Source of the DNA: Bacteriovoracia bacterium
GTDB lineage: Bacteria; Bdellovibrionota; UBA1018; CAIPTA01
Direction: 5' to 3'
DNA: 64,000 nucleotides
Assembly: GCA_050246755.1 (NCBI GenBank)
Contig: JBFWVL010000006.1
Span: 96,001-160,000, forward strand
Each line of letters opens with the position of its first letter. Position 1 is the stretch's first letter. A program made the position numbers and the translations under genes. The notes beneath the pieces are model-generated. The model was given only the letters and a program-made list of their open reading frames with translations. It was not told the DNA's origin and searched no databases. Below are positions 40,848 to 49,770 of this stretch, in pieces.

Positions 40848-42173
40848 CGTATTGAACCATAGCTAAATGCTACCGAGGAGCGGGGAGTCAAGATCCGACC
40901 TCCCGCGACTGCTTTTTACGTATATCGACGATCCGGAAGAACCACTTTAGTTTTTTCTCTAACTCCGCCTTAAGCCGGAACGGGTTGAGATGCTGGCGAC
41001 GGGCGAGGAGTGCTTGCTTTTGCTCTTGAGAGACATGCTCGCAGTTGATGATCCGTGCAAACGGGGTCTGAGGTTCATCGTGCACTTTTACGATCCTTCC
41101 TCCAACTCGGGTTTTGGATTTTAATTTCATAACCGGCGTAAAGAAGTTCCACAGCGGAAGCCAGTAGTTCACGTACATGTCGTTAATGTAGTCGACGTCC
41201 CACTGGAGATCCAAGCGATCGTAGCCGAGCAGTTGTCTCACATGCGTCCAGTTCTTTTGTTCGACGTGCGCGTTGTCGTTTTTCTTGTAAGGACGACGTC
41301 TGACGAAGTGGACTTTCTCTGGGCGTTTGTCGAAGTACGTGAACAGATCGTTATTCAAGAACTCATTGCCATTGTCTGACGCAAAACCTTTGACCTTGAA
41401 CGGTAGCGTTGTCTCGATCCCTTTGACGGCATCTAGCACCGCCTCTGCTCGCTTGCCCCACACGGCCCTGAGCTCGGTCCAACCCGAGAAGATGTCGGTT
41501 ACTGTGAGCGTGTTGACGAACTCTCCCGCCATCGAGGTGCCGCAGTGGGCGACCGTGTCGGCTTCAACGAACCCAGGCTCGACAATACCGGCTTCGAGTA
41601 ACTTGATTGGGATCTTGTTTTTGATCAGCGAGGGACTTGTAAGCGATCGACCCTTCGCTACCAGCTCCCGATGTCCTCGCAATATCCGATCGATCGTGGA
41701 GCTTGAGACTTTCGTTAATAAAAATCTCGTCTCGTCCGAGATGCCCTCGTAATACGGCAGCCAAAGCTTGATTGCGCCGACCATTTTCTTCGAGCAAAGC
41801 CTACCGCAAGACTCCCACAAAATGACGACATGCCTTCGAACATCCTCGCCATATTTGTACTTCGGCCCAGGGTGCTCTCGGTGCGATTTTATCTCGTTGT
41901 TTAGAAGTCTTATCGCGTGCTTACGTGACAACTCCGTGGTGGCGCAAAACTCGTCCAAAATCAAAGTTTTCTGCCGTCTTGAACCTTTCAGATACCTAAG
42001 CTTCAACTTCTGCAATAAGATGCGCTTAACCCCGTTAGGCATGGTCCCCCTCCTGAATTTGTTTCCGCAAAAACAATCTTAGAGTGTGGTCGGACCATGA
42101 CTCAACGGGGGGTCTAGTGTGCCCCTCGTGATTCAACTGCCCCCGTCGGTATCATTTAATGTGATTCAATTCG
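40848..42173 (-). mobile_element. Insertion sequence, 1326 bp, with imperfect ~29-bp terminal IRs and TTAA on both flanks
   Basis: Left cgtattgaaccatagctaaatgctaccga versus right tcggtatcatttaatgtgattcaattcg; TTAA at 40844-47 and 42174-77. Confidence 0.85.
40888..42042 (-). CDS. DDE (rve integrase core) transposase
   Basis: EADTVAHCG, SDNGNEF, RPYKKNDNAHVEQKN motifs. Confidence 0.92.
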   Translation of the reverse strand: MPNGVKRILLQKLKLRYLKGSRRQKTLILDEFCATTELSRKHAIRLLNNEIKSHREHPGPKYKYGEDVRRHVVILWESCGRLCSKKMVGAIKLWLPYYEGISDETRFLLTKVSSSTIDRILRGHRELVAKGRSLTSPSLIKNKIPIKLLEAGIVEPGFVEADTVAHCGTSMAGEFVNTLTVTDIFSGWTELRAVWGKRAEAVLDAVKGIETTLPFKVKGFASDNGNEFLNNDLFTYFDKRPEKVHFVRRRPYKKNDNAHVEQKNWTHVRQLLGYDRLDLQWDVDYINDMYVNYWLPLWNFFTPVMKLKSKTRVGGRIVKVHDEPQTPFARIINCEHVSQEQKQALLARRQHLNPFRLKAELEKKLKWFFRIVDIRKKQSREVGS

Positions 42174-42186
42174 TTAATGTGGAACC

Positions 42187-42201
42187 TGGCATGGTATTAG
42201 C
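42187..42201 (+). promoter_or_regulatory. Putative sigma-54 promoter
   Basis: TGGCAT-GGTAT-TAGC with GG-N10-GC spacing, upstream of the gene at 42227. Confidence 0.5.
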
Positions 42202-42226
42202 TTAGCTAGTAGGTTTGGAGGCTCTT

Positions 42227-42709
42227 ATGCAATACGTGCGAAGCATGACGCTCTTTTTGGCGTTATCCGGGACATTAATTGGCTCTTTGGCCGAAGCCGC
42301 CGAATCCGGATTCGATACCAATCAGCGTATTCACATATACGAGTCCGTTTTGGCGAAGCATGGATATCTCATTAACAATGTTGAGCGCGAATCCAGCATC
42401 GGCGTGAGCACGATCTTATATCCGCTGACATCAACGGTAGCTTACTTTTTCGCCCCCAAGGGATGGTATCAAAATTCGCCTGAGCGAATCTCATTTGTGA
42501 CCGACAAGACTGAGCGAGTCGTTTGCGATTGGGCACTCATTACCGTTCAGGCAGCCGGAAGTAAGCCCACTGTTCAAATTGGTAACTGCACGGGAGCCGC
42601 CGGTTTTCAGAAACTCACTACTGAACAGAAAATTGGAAACGTCCTACGCATGGACGGCCCGAGTATCGATATTCTTATTGATGAGGCCGTGGATACCTCT
42701 AATGATTAA
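42227..42709 (+). CDS. Secreted hypothetical protein
   Basis: GGAGG RBS; signal peptide. Confidence 0.65.
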   Translation: MQYVRSMTLFLALSGTLIGSLAEAAESGFDTNQRIHIYESVLAKHGYLINNVERESSIGVSTILYPLTSTVAYFFAPKGWYQNSPERISFVTDKTERVVCDWALITVQAAGSKPTVQIGNCTGAAGFQKLTTEQKIGNVLRMDGPSIDILIDEAVDTSND

Positions 42710-42771
42710 CCTCTCGGCCGCTTGAGCACTGGCTCGGTGCGAAGTTTCTGATTTGGCAGCAAGGGCAAAAT

Positions 42772-43875
42772 ATGATTCGAAGTTTGGCGTTGATGTTTAT
42801 TAGCCTGAGTTTTTGCGGCCCTGCCTTGGCAGCGGGTGTTCGTACCTTTAATACAGCGGGCGTTTGCCTTTCTACCCCAGAAGTTCCTCGCGACCCGGTT
42901 GATGCGAAGGCGCTGCTGTCTTGCGTTTTGCCCAATCCTCAGAAACTCCCGAAAATAATCATTGCGGGTGAGATTCACGCTTATGCCATAGCCGCTCCAA
43001 GCATAGCGGGACAAGCCTATGTCAAATCAGCCAAAAACTCGGAAGACTATTTCAAAAAAGTTTTGAGTCGTGCCCTAAAGTCAGAAGTCCTTTTCGCTAG
43101 CGAAGGATTCAGTGCCACGCTGGATGCCAAGCCTTTTCAGATAAAAACTTTCAAAGACCTGGATGCGGCCGGGTATGGTCGTTTACCCCTCGAGGGCGAA
43201 CTTGAGTTGGCTCTGGGTGGAATGATTCACTTCTCAACTTTCAATCTTTACCAATCCATGAGCAAAGACGACCCGGATTACGGCATCTACCTTGACGGTC
43301 GTGTCGATAATCTGCTGCTGACATTTGCGCGCAACAATTATCTCCAAATGGCATTTAAAAAAATCCCTCGACCCTATAAAGAAGACTCTCGTGAGTTTAT
43401 TGCGCAGCTTTTTGATAAGCTTGAGTGCTTCGAAGATCCTCGCGTCTTAATCGAATATCTGCGCAAAAATTTATATCCTCAATGGGGGCCTGAGCTTCAG
43501 CCTCGCATTCGTCAGGCCTTTATCGACGTCTTTGGTGACATTTACCAAAACTTAGCCGCAATCGCTGAACAGCGACTAACCGATAAAGAACTGGGACAAC
43601 AGATGCACGGTCTTATTTCAGGAAAAGGCTTTGAAAAAGACAGCAATAAATTCCAAGACCAATTCATGCCGCTAGTGAACCAAGTCCGTAACGAGCGCAT
43701 GAGTGACAATCTAGAAATGCTCTACTGCGCGCTAGCGCAGAAATCGAAAGACATTTATGTTCAAGTGGGTGCCGTACACGCACTTCCTTTGGCCGCGAAA
43801 ATGCGTGAGCTTTTTACCCAGCGCGGACTCGACCCTAAACTGGTTGAGGTTGTCGACACCACCCAGGCGCCTTAA
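42772..43875 (+). CDS. Secreted hypothetical protein (possibly TraB/ChaN-like fold)
   Basis: Signal peptide; GEIH, SEG, RNERM, VGAVH motifs. Confidence 0.6.
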   Translation: MIRSLALMFISLSFCGPALAAGVRTFNTAGVCLSTPEVPRDPVDAKALLSCVLPNPQKLPKIIIAGEIHAYAIAAPSIAGQAYVKSAKNSEDYFKKVLSRALKSEVLFASEGFSATLDAKPFQIKTFKDLDAAGYGRLPLEGELELALGGMIHFSTFNLYQSMSKDDPDYGIYLDGRVDNLLLTFARNNYLQMAFKKIPRPYKEDSREFIAQLFDKLECFEDPRVLIEYLRKNLYPQWGPELQPRIRQAFIDVFGDIYQNLAAIAEQRLTDKELGQQMHGLISGKGFEKDSNKFQDQFMPLVNQVRNERMSDNLEMLYCALAQKSKDIYVQVGAVHALPLAAKMRELFTQRGLDPKLVEVVDTTQAP

Positions 43876-43960
43876 TTACTCCGTTACTGGATAAAACCAC
43901 TGGTCATTGGGTCGGGCGATCATCAACAAAGTTCAGGAAAATAATCATTTTTCTAGAGAG

Positions 43961-43995
43961 AAAAAGCTCGGAGGCTGCCGAGCTTTTTATTTTTT
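43961..43995. terminator. Bidirectional terminator
   Basis: AAAAAGCTCGG-AGGCTG-CCGAGCTTTTT. Confidence 0.8.
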
Positions 43996-44016
43996 GAGGC
44001 CGTCAATTCGCCAGGG

Positions 44017-44283
44017 CTACTGGCACACCTTGGGGTAGAGCCTAACATTGCTCTCTACAATCAGAGCGCTCATTGTGCAGCCGCCCGAGGTGACAATTTG
44101 ATAGCCAAATCTATCACCCGATTGGATTCTGTGAATTGTCCAAAGGTCGCCAGCCTTTTCTAATTCTTGCTTCACTTGTGAATCCGATAAGATGGCCGCA
44201 AGTTCCTGAGCTGTGGATTTAAAATCTGCGTGCACAGTCGTAGCTCCGAAAACCGCAAGAAAAACGAATACAAGTTTTATCAT
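44017..44283 (-). CDS. Small secreted protein
   Basis: GAGG RBS; signal peptide MIKLVFVFLAVFGATTVHA. Confidence 0.6.
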   Translation of the reverse strand: MIKLVFVFLAVFGATTVHADFKSTAQELAAILSDSQVKQELEKAGDLWTIHRIQSGDRFGYQIVTSGGCTMSALIVESNVRLYPKVCQ

Positions 44284-44327
44284 TTTATGCCTCAAAATAA
44301 AATTTGGATTGATGGGCTTGGTTGTGA

Positions 44328-44750
44328 TCAGCGGCTCAATTTTCCCTTGGAAGACATGTGCCACATTTGATTTTGCGAGTCGTAGCAATTCACGCCCCAA
44401 AATTCAAAACGCGAGCATCCTCCTCCATCGCAATCGACGTTCGGAATGAGGGCTTCGCAGGCAAGTCCGTTGTTCGTGCTGAAGTGAACTAAGTTTGCAT
44501 TCAACATCGAGGCGGAAAAGGTCAAGTTCGAGACATAGGATATATGGGCAACGCCCCCGTGGGGGCGGGCCATTCGGCTGACGAGAACATTTACGCGAGC
44601 TTTGATTTGGGGTTTCATATTGGCCCAGTAGACTTGCGCTTGACGATCACTCTGCGCACGGGCGGCATCCTCCCGATTCGTGAAGAGATCAGCCTTCGCA
44701 ACGGTTCCACAAAGCAACGACACCATAATAAAAAGCATACTTTTATTCAT
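44328..44750 (-). CDS. Secreted Cys-containing hypothetical protein
   Basis: AGGAG RBS; signal peptide. Confidence 0.65.
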   Translation of the reverse strand: MNKSMLFIMVSLLCGTVAKADLFTNREDAARAQSDRQAQVYWANMKPQIKARVNVLVSRMARPHGGVAHISYVSNLTFSASMLNANLVHFSTNNGLACEALIPNVDCDGGGCSRFEFWGVNCYDSQNQMWHMSSKGKLSR

Positions 44751-44763
44751 TTGATTCTCCTTT

Positions 44764-45174
44764 TCACTTATTTAAATTAGCGGAGCAGTCCCCAATGAGT
44801 CTCTCGCATTGGGTAGCGAAGTTTTTCCCCTCGCAGGAACTTAGAAGCTGCCAGCTCGTTTGTGTCTGTTCGGTGAGGCTGCGCTTACAGAAAAAGTCTC
44901 CAAAGTCGAACACACGACCGCCATTGGGCGCATAACTGATCGTTGTCGAGATTGTTCGCATGGCATTACCGGGTGAAGTGATCCACAAGGTCGGCTGCGC
45001 GCCCATGCGGCGTCCATTATCAATGGAAAACTCACGGAATTGAATTTTCGTACCCTGGCAGTCCAAAGTTACCATCGGCATGCCCATGCCCCCGCCGCTG
45101 TTGTCCACTCCAGTACGCGCCCATGCTGTGGGCGCGAGCGATAAAAGAACTGTTAAAAGCAAAGTCATTTTCAT
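44764..45174 (-). CDS. Secreted protein with GVDNSGGG motif
   Basis: Signal peptide AWA then RTGVDNSGGG. Confidence 0.65.
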   Translation of the reverse strand: MKMTLLLTVLLSLAPTAWARTGVDNSGGGMGMPMVTLDCQGTKIQFREFSIDNGRRMGAQPTLWITSPGNAMRTISTTISYAPNGGRVFDFGDFFCKRSLTEQTQTSWQLLSSCEGKNFATQCERLIGDCSANLNK

Positions 45175-45203
45175 AAAACACCTCGTAAAACTAATAAAAA
45201 AGT

Positions 45204-46136
45204 TCATCTAGCTAAAGTTCCGTAGCAATAGCGGTAGCCCATTGCTTCTGTCGCAGAACGGCGATCCTTCTCAATAGACAGCTCGACACGTCGGTAAGAG
45301 CCGGGGCCGATCCCAACTTCTCCAACAATGAGGTCGAACGTGAAAGCCGTTACCCCTTCAGCATCACCTTGTTTATTTTTAAATACCAAAACGGAATTGC
45401 GATCTTCGCAGCTTAAGCGGCCACCCGCCGCCCAAACACAGCTTGTTTCTGGGACATTGAGTTCCAAGACGGAATAAATTTTCTCTTTAGGAAGTCCCAG
45501 TTTTTCGGCAATCACTAGCCGGTCTACATAACCCAAGGCTTCAAATCGCAGAAAAATTTTTCCGTCTTTGATTCGAGCTGAAAATGAGCTGGTATATGTG
45601 TCCGTGCAATCCATCAGGTCCGTTCCCGTTGCTTTCGGCTTAATGGCGAGCTTCGTGACTACGGTTTGTTCCAGAAATTCCGTAAGCTGATTGGAAATTT
45701 CATAATGGGAAACTTCTCCTTCGCTGACTTCCAATCCCGCCAGGCTTGCGTATTCGTGATGAATAAGGACGTATTGATCCGCGAAACTAGAAGAGGACAT
45801 TCTTGAGGCATTGCACCGAATCCTAGTTTCTCCCTGTTCGGTTGAATTGATGCATGTTTTTTCCGAGCTGCCGATACGCAAAGTTTCATCTACGCAAGAA
45901 ACCTTCGCGCTTCCCAATGCGCTTTGCATGGCCGAGAGATACCGCTCTTCGGAGATGCCTGAAGGGAGAAGCAGCTCTTTGTATCCGCCGCCGCTAACCC
46001 ATGCCGAAATATCGTTTCGTATGTCGTAAATCCGAGACTCGCAAAGATCGCCACCGCCGCTATTATCCACGCCGATTCTGGCCCAAGCCGATGCGCTAAC
46101 ACTGAAGATCCCAAGTAGAAGTAAGACCGTTTTCAT
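45204..46136 (-). CDS. Secreted protein with GVDNSGGG motif and HE motif
   Basis: Signal peptide AWA then RIGVDNSGGG; LIHHEYA. Confidence 0.7.
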   Translation of the reverse strand: MKTVLLLLGIFSVSASAWARIGVDNSGGGDLCESRIYDIRNDISAWVSGGGYKELLLPSGISEERYLSAMQSALGSAKVSCVDETLRIGSSEKTCINSTEQGETRIRCNASRMSSSSFADQYVLIHHEYASLAGLEVSEGEVSHYEISNQLTEFLEQTVVTKLAIKPKATGTDLMDCTDTYTSSFSARIKDGKIFLRFEALGYVDRLVIAEKLGLPKEKIYSVLELNVPETSCVWAAGGRLSCEDRNSVLVFKNKQGDAEGVTAFTFDLIVGEVGIGPGSYRRVELSIEKDRRSATEAMGYRYCYGTLAR

Positions 46137-46231
46137 AAAGAAATTCCCCTAATTGGCGGCACCTTATAAGTATGTTGTGCGTTGCGCAACGTAAAATTAA
46201 TTAGCAAATAGAATTTTCACTAACTATAAGT

Positions 46232-47047
46232 ATGCAAATGCGAACCCTCTATTCGTTTACGAACTACAAGGACTATCTCAACGCCAAACTCGATGAACTC
46301 GACGATGGAGGGCGAGGTGCCCGGGCGCAAATGTCTCGCTCTATAGGCTGCCAAACGGCCTATACAGCCCGCGTACTGCGGGGAGACGCCCACTTTAGCT
46401 TGGAACAAGCGGAGGCTATCAACGACTTCCTGGGGCATCCTGAAGAGCAAGGGCATTACTTCCTGCTTCTCGTCCAGCACACCAAAGCGGGGTCGCCCAA
46501 GCTGCGCGCGCGATTTCAGAAAATGATTCAGCAAGTGCAAGATGGGCAAAGTCTTCTCAAAAACCGCTTAGGAACCAAAGAAAATCTGGATGAGCGAGAT
46601 AGAATCATGTTCTACAGCTCTTGGATTTATCCAGCGATCCATGCACTGATTTCGATTCCTGGACACGAAACTCCCGAAAAAATTGCTCATCGCCTCAAGC
46701 TCGGGACCAAACAAGCTGTTTCCGGCGTTGAGTTTCTACTGGAAACGGGCCTTGTTGAGCGAAGCAAAAATGGAGCCCTAAGCGTGGGCAAAAGACAGAC
46801 GCACCTGGGGGCGGATTCGCCACTCATAGCTAAATACCATACTAGCTGGCGGGTGCAGGCGCTCAGGGCAATCGAGGAAGACCCCCAGCAAGGACTTCAT
46901 TATTCTTCTGTCGTGTCCATTTCTCGCCTGGATTTTGAATCTTTAAAGGAAGAGTTCATCGACTCCATTAGGCGAGCTAAAGAAGTCATTCGCAAATCTC
47001 CCGAAGAAGAACTTTGCGGGCTCTCTTTAGACTTCTACAAAATTTAA
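46232..47047 (+). CDS. TIGR02147/DUF4423-like HTH protein
   Basis: Paralog of 9695..10516 (GAR..., QTAY..RVLRG.A.FSLE.A, FYSSW, HLG..SP...H..WR). Confidence 0.8.
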   Translation: MQMRTLYSFTNYKDYLNAKLDELDDGGRGARAQMSRSIGCQTAYTARVLRGDAHFSLEQAEAINDFLGHPEEQGHYFLLLVQHTKAGSPKLRARFQKMIQQVQDGQSLLKNRLGTKENLDERDRIMFYSSWIYPAIHALISIPGHETPEKIAHRLKLGTKQAVSGVEFLLETGLVERSKNGALSVGKRQTHLGADSPLIAKYHTSWRVQALRAIEEDPQQGLHYSSVVSISRLDFESLKEEFIDSIRRAKEVIRKSPEEELCGLSLDFYKI

Positions 47048-47221
47048 AGCGCTTGACCTGAAAAAGTGTAGGCATTCAGCTTGTCGAGAAAGTCCTGAAC
47101 CTCTTGTTGGCGTGGAGCCGCCAGCTTTTCGCAAGTCTTCAAACTACATTTACCCGCCATGATTTGCGCAAAGGAGTTTATTTTCCCACTTACAGGCTGG
47201 CGATAAAGCAACAAGACAGAT

Positions 47222-48091
47222 TCAGATTTTGGCGCAAACTTTCGACAGCCAGGATTCAAGTTGAGAGGCTCTCTGTCTGGCGCGAATTGAGTTTCGTTGC
47301 CACCAGAGGCAAACATTCCGATCCATTTTTGTCCGATGCTCAATCTCGATAAGGGAGCCGTTTTCAATTTCCTCTTTCACCAAGAGAGTCGGGACAAAGC
47401 TCCAACCTGCTCCATGAATCAGGGCGGACCTTACGCCAATCAGGTTGTCCATCGAAGCGAAGAACATATTGGGAGGAGGCGATTCGAGCGATAAGGTGGC
47501 AGCAGAGTTCATTCCATGATGTTGAATGAACGGAAGCTGTAGGAAGTCTTGTAAAGTAACGCCTTTGCGGCCGGAAAAGTTCTTTTTGAAAAGAGGTTCC
47601 GAAATGACGAGGGACCATTTTTCTTGGCAGATTCTTTTATGGGCGATGGCTGGATTTTCTGGTGGATGACAGACAACAACAAAATCACAATCTCCTTCGA
47701 GAAGGGCGCTCTCAAAACCAGAGTCTGGGATGCTGAACTGAATGTCAGTCGTTTTCAGTTGGCGATGGAGAGTGAGGACTTCAGGGATCAAAAGACGTTC
47801 GGCGAACCAAGTGGTAGCGGCGATTCGTATAGTGGTTTCGGATAGAAGAAGTCGTTTTTGTCCTAAGATATTCTCTTGGGTCCAGCTCACTAAGGCCAGC
47901 CCCTTATTTGTCAACTCCCAGCGACCTTGGTTCTTCCTCAAAACGTCATGTTCTGACGCGATTTTCTGCACTTTGCGCAAGAGCCCTCCAGGATCACAAT
48001 CCAAGTTCCTTGCCGCCTCTCTTAATGATGAGGAGTTGTGGAGGGCAAGCAAGATCAGGCAATCATCTGAGGAAATAAGATATTTATCCAT
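47222..48091 (-). CDS. LysR family transcriptional regulator
   Basis: SSLREAA..L HTH, LT.KG, substrate-binding domain with G.GWSFVP. Confidence 0.8.
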   Translation of the reverse strand: MDKYLISSDDCLILLALHNSSSLREAARNLDCDPGGLLRKVQKIASEHDVLRKNQGRWELTNKGLALVSWTQENILGQKRLLLSETTIRIAATTWFAERLLIPEVLTLHRQLKTTDIQFSIPDSGFESALLEGDCDFVVVCHPPENPAIAHKRICQEKWSLVISEPLFKKNFSGRKGVTLQDFLQLPFIQHHGMNSAATLSLESPPPNMFFASMDNLIGVRSALIHGAGWSFVPTLLVKEEIENGSLIEIEHRTKMDRNVCLWWQRNSIRARQRASQLESWLSKVCAKI

Positions 48092-48149
48092 GTTGATAAA
48101 TTTATAGATTGTCTGTTGCTTTATATCAACAGACATCTTTATCAACATC
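48090..48149. promoter_or_regulatory. Nested palindromes, candidate LysR operator
   Basis: ATGTTGATAAA...TTTATCAACAT enclosing TGTCTGTTG-N8-CAACAGACA, which contains T-N11-A. Confidence 0.55.
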
Positions 48150-48211
48150 GCATAAAAAATAAAAAGCGGAGGACGACTCGTTCTTCTGCTTATTTTTAAG
48201 GGGAGGAAGAA

Positions 48212-48619
48212 ATGTTTCGTGCCGCAATTTTTATGCTTTTCACATTTTCAGGGGTGAATACGTTTGCCGGAGCTATGCCATCTCCGGAGAAGCTATGTTT
48301 TGATGCCTGCATTGGAGAGTCCCCCAATAATGTCAATGCGTGTTTAGATAAATGCTATGGAGAAAACCATATTTATCGCAACGATTCCAGCGGCATTTTT
48401 ATCGTGGAAGCCAGAGGAAAATGCTCGTTTGTATTTGATCCCGATTGTCAGCGGCTGGTGGAAAATCTCAAAACTCAAAATTACTCGGTGGCTCAGTCCG
48501 AGTGTCGCAGATCACGGGTCCACCAACTCAGCGACTTTGTCATGCGCCATAGGGTTACTATGAGAGACGACAACAGCGAAGTGCTGTGGATCTCTGTAAA
48601 GTATCAGTGCGGCCTCTAG
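48212..48619 (+). CDS. Secreted Cys-rich small protein
   Basis: GGAGGA RBS; signal peptide; 8 Cys. Confidence 0.65.
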   Translation: MFRAAIFMLFTFSGVNTFAGAMPSPEKLCFDACIGESPNNVNACLDKCYGENHIYRNDSSGIFIVEARGKCSFVFDPDCQRLVENLKTQNYSVAQSECRRSRVHQLSDFVMRHRVTMRDDNSEVLWISVKYQCGL

Positions 48620-48807
48620 TGGTAACGGGTAGAAACAAGATCGGAATATCACGTCTTTTTATTTAAATCGCTCGTTTGGATATTGCTGACGAAAAGTTAA
48701 TTTTATCGCTCCAAATTAATTACTAAAATCTGGACCGAATAATTAGCCGCTTCTATAAAAAGGCTCGGGCAAGTCCCGGCGAAGTTGAGATAACAAAGGG
48801 GGAACAC

Positions 48808-49239
48808 ATGAAAACAATTTTATTTATTTTTTCAGCCATGCTTATGCAACCGGCTCTCAGTTGGGCGGGATGCAATCCTTGCGTTTGCGGACCAGGCAAT
48901 GGACAGCCCATTGACGAGGTTGGCTGTAAGGGAGTTCAGCCCAGCCAAGTGCTCTACTGCCAAGGCGGGCCGGGCGCTGCATCTGCTATTTTGGAACTCT
49001 ATCCGGCTTCGGGAAATCAGAGAATCGCTAAAATGACTCTAAAAAACGCCGCCTTTCCGCGAGGAATCAGAGGCACCTATGAATTATATCAAGGAAGCTC
49101 AAAGAGCTCTTACGGTAACGGGGTGTTGGGAGCATTGGATAGCAACATTATTTTTACTCCGCCAAATCATCTGAGTGTATATGCCCAAGGAAATTACGAT
49201 ATTGAATTTGGCTATGGAGTCCATTTTATCTGTCAGTAG
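48808..49239 (+). CDS. Secreted Cys-rich small protein
   Basis: Signal peptide then GCNPCVCGPG. Confidence 0.65.
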   Translation: MKTILFIFSAMLMQPALSWAGCNPCVCGPGNGQPIDEVGCKGVQPSQVLYCQGGPGAASAILELYPASGNQRIAKMTLKNAAFPRGIRGTYELYQGSSKSSYGNGVLGALDSNIIFTPPNHLSVYAQGNYDIEFGYGVHFICQ

Positions 49240-49322
49240 GAGTTTCAAATTAAAAAAGGCCAACTGAGGCTCGACTCTTAAGAGCGAGCCCCTGTGGTTT
49301 TTTCTATAACGATAGGCTGCGG

Positions 49323-49610
49323 GTGACATGGTTTGTGAAATTCAACGAGCGTCTAAAACAATTTCGAGTTCTAGCAAAGCTTTCACAAAGAGAGGCCGCT
49401 CATCGTATCGGGGTTCCTGAATCCACCTATCGAGAATGGGAATATGGCAACGCCATACTTGGAGAACCATATCCTCGTGTTGCCAAAGTTTTCAACGTCA
49501 CACTAAACGAACTATTTGGCGTAAGCGACAGCATGGAAAGGTCAGCTACGGAAGAAATTGATAAAATCATCATGGAGCTTCAATTTTTGAAATCCAAGCT
49601 GCCTAAATAG
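49323..49610 (+). CDS. XRE-family HTH regulator
   Basis: LSQREAAHRIGVPESTYREWEYG motif. Confidence 0.85.
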   Translation: MTWFVKFNERLKQFRVLAKLSQREAAHRIGVPESTYREWEYGNAILGEPYPRVAKVFNVTLNELFGVSDSMERSATEEIDKIIMELQFLKSKLPK

Positions 49611-49770
49611 CGGTCCTCCGTTTTTAAAAACGTAAGTCCATTATCACATTTAAATTGTTTACGATCTGCGATAGTCATTCGGCAGCGAAACTTCTGCCGG
49701 GATGAAAGACACCTAAAACACTCAGCGCCGACACCAAGGAGAGAATAGTCCCGCAATTTTGGAGGCTTCC

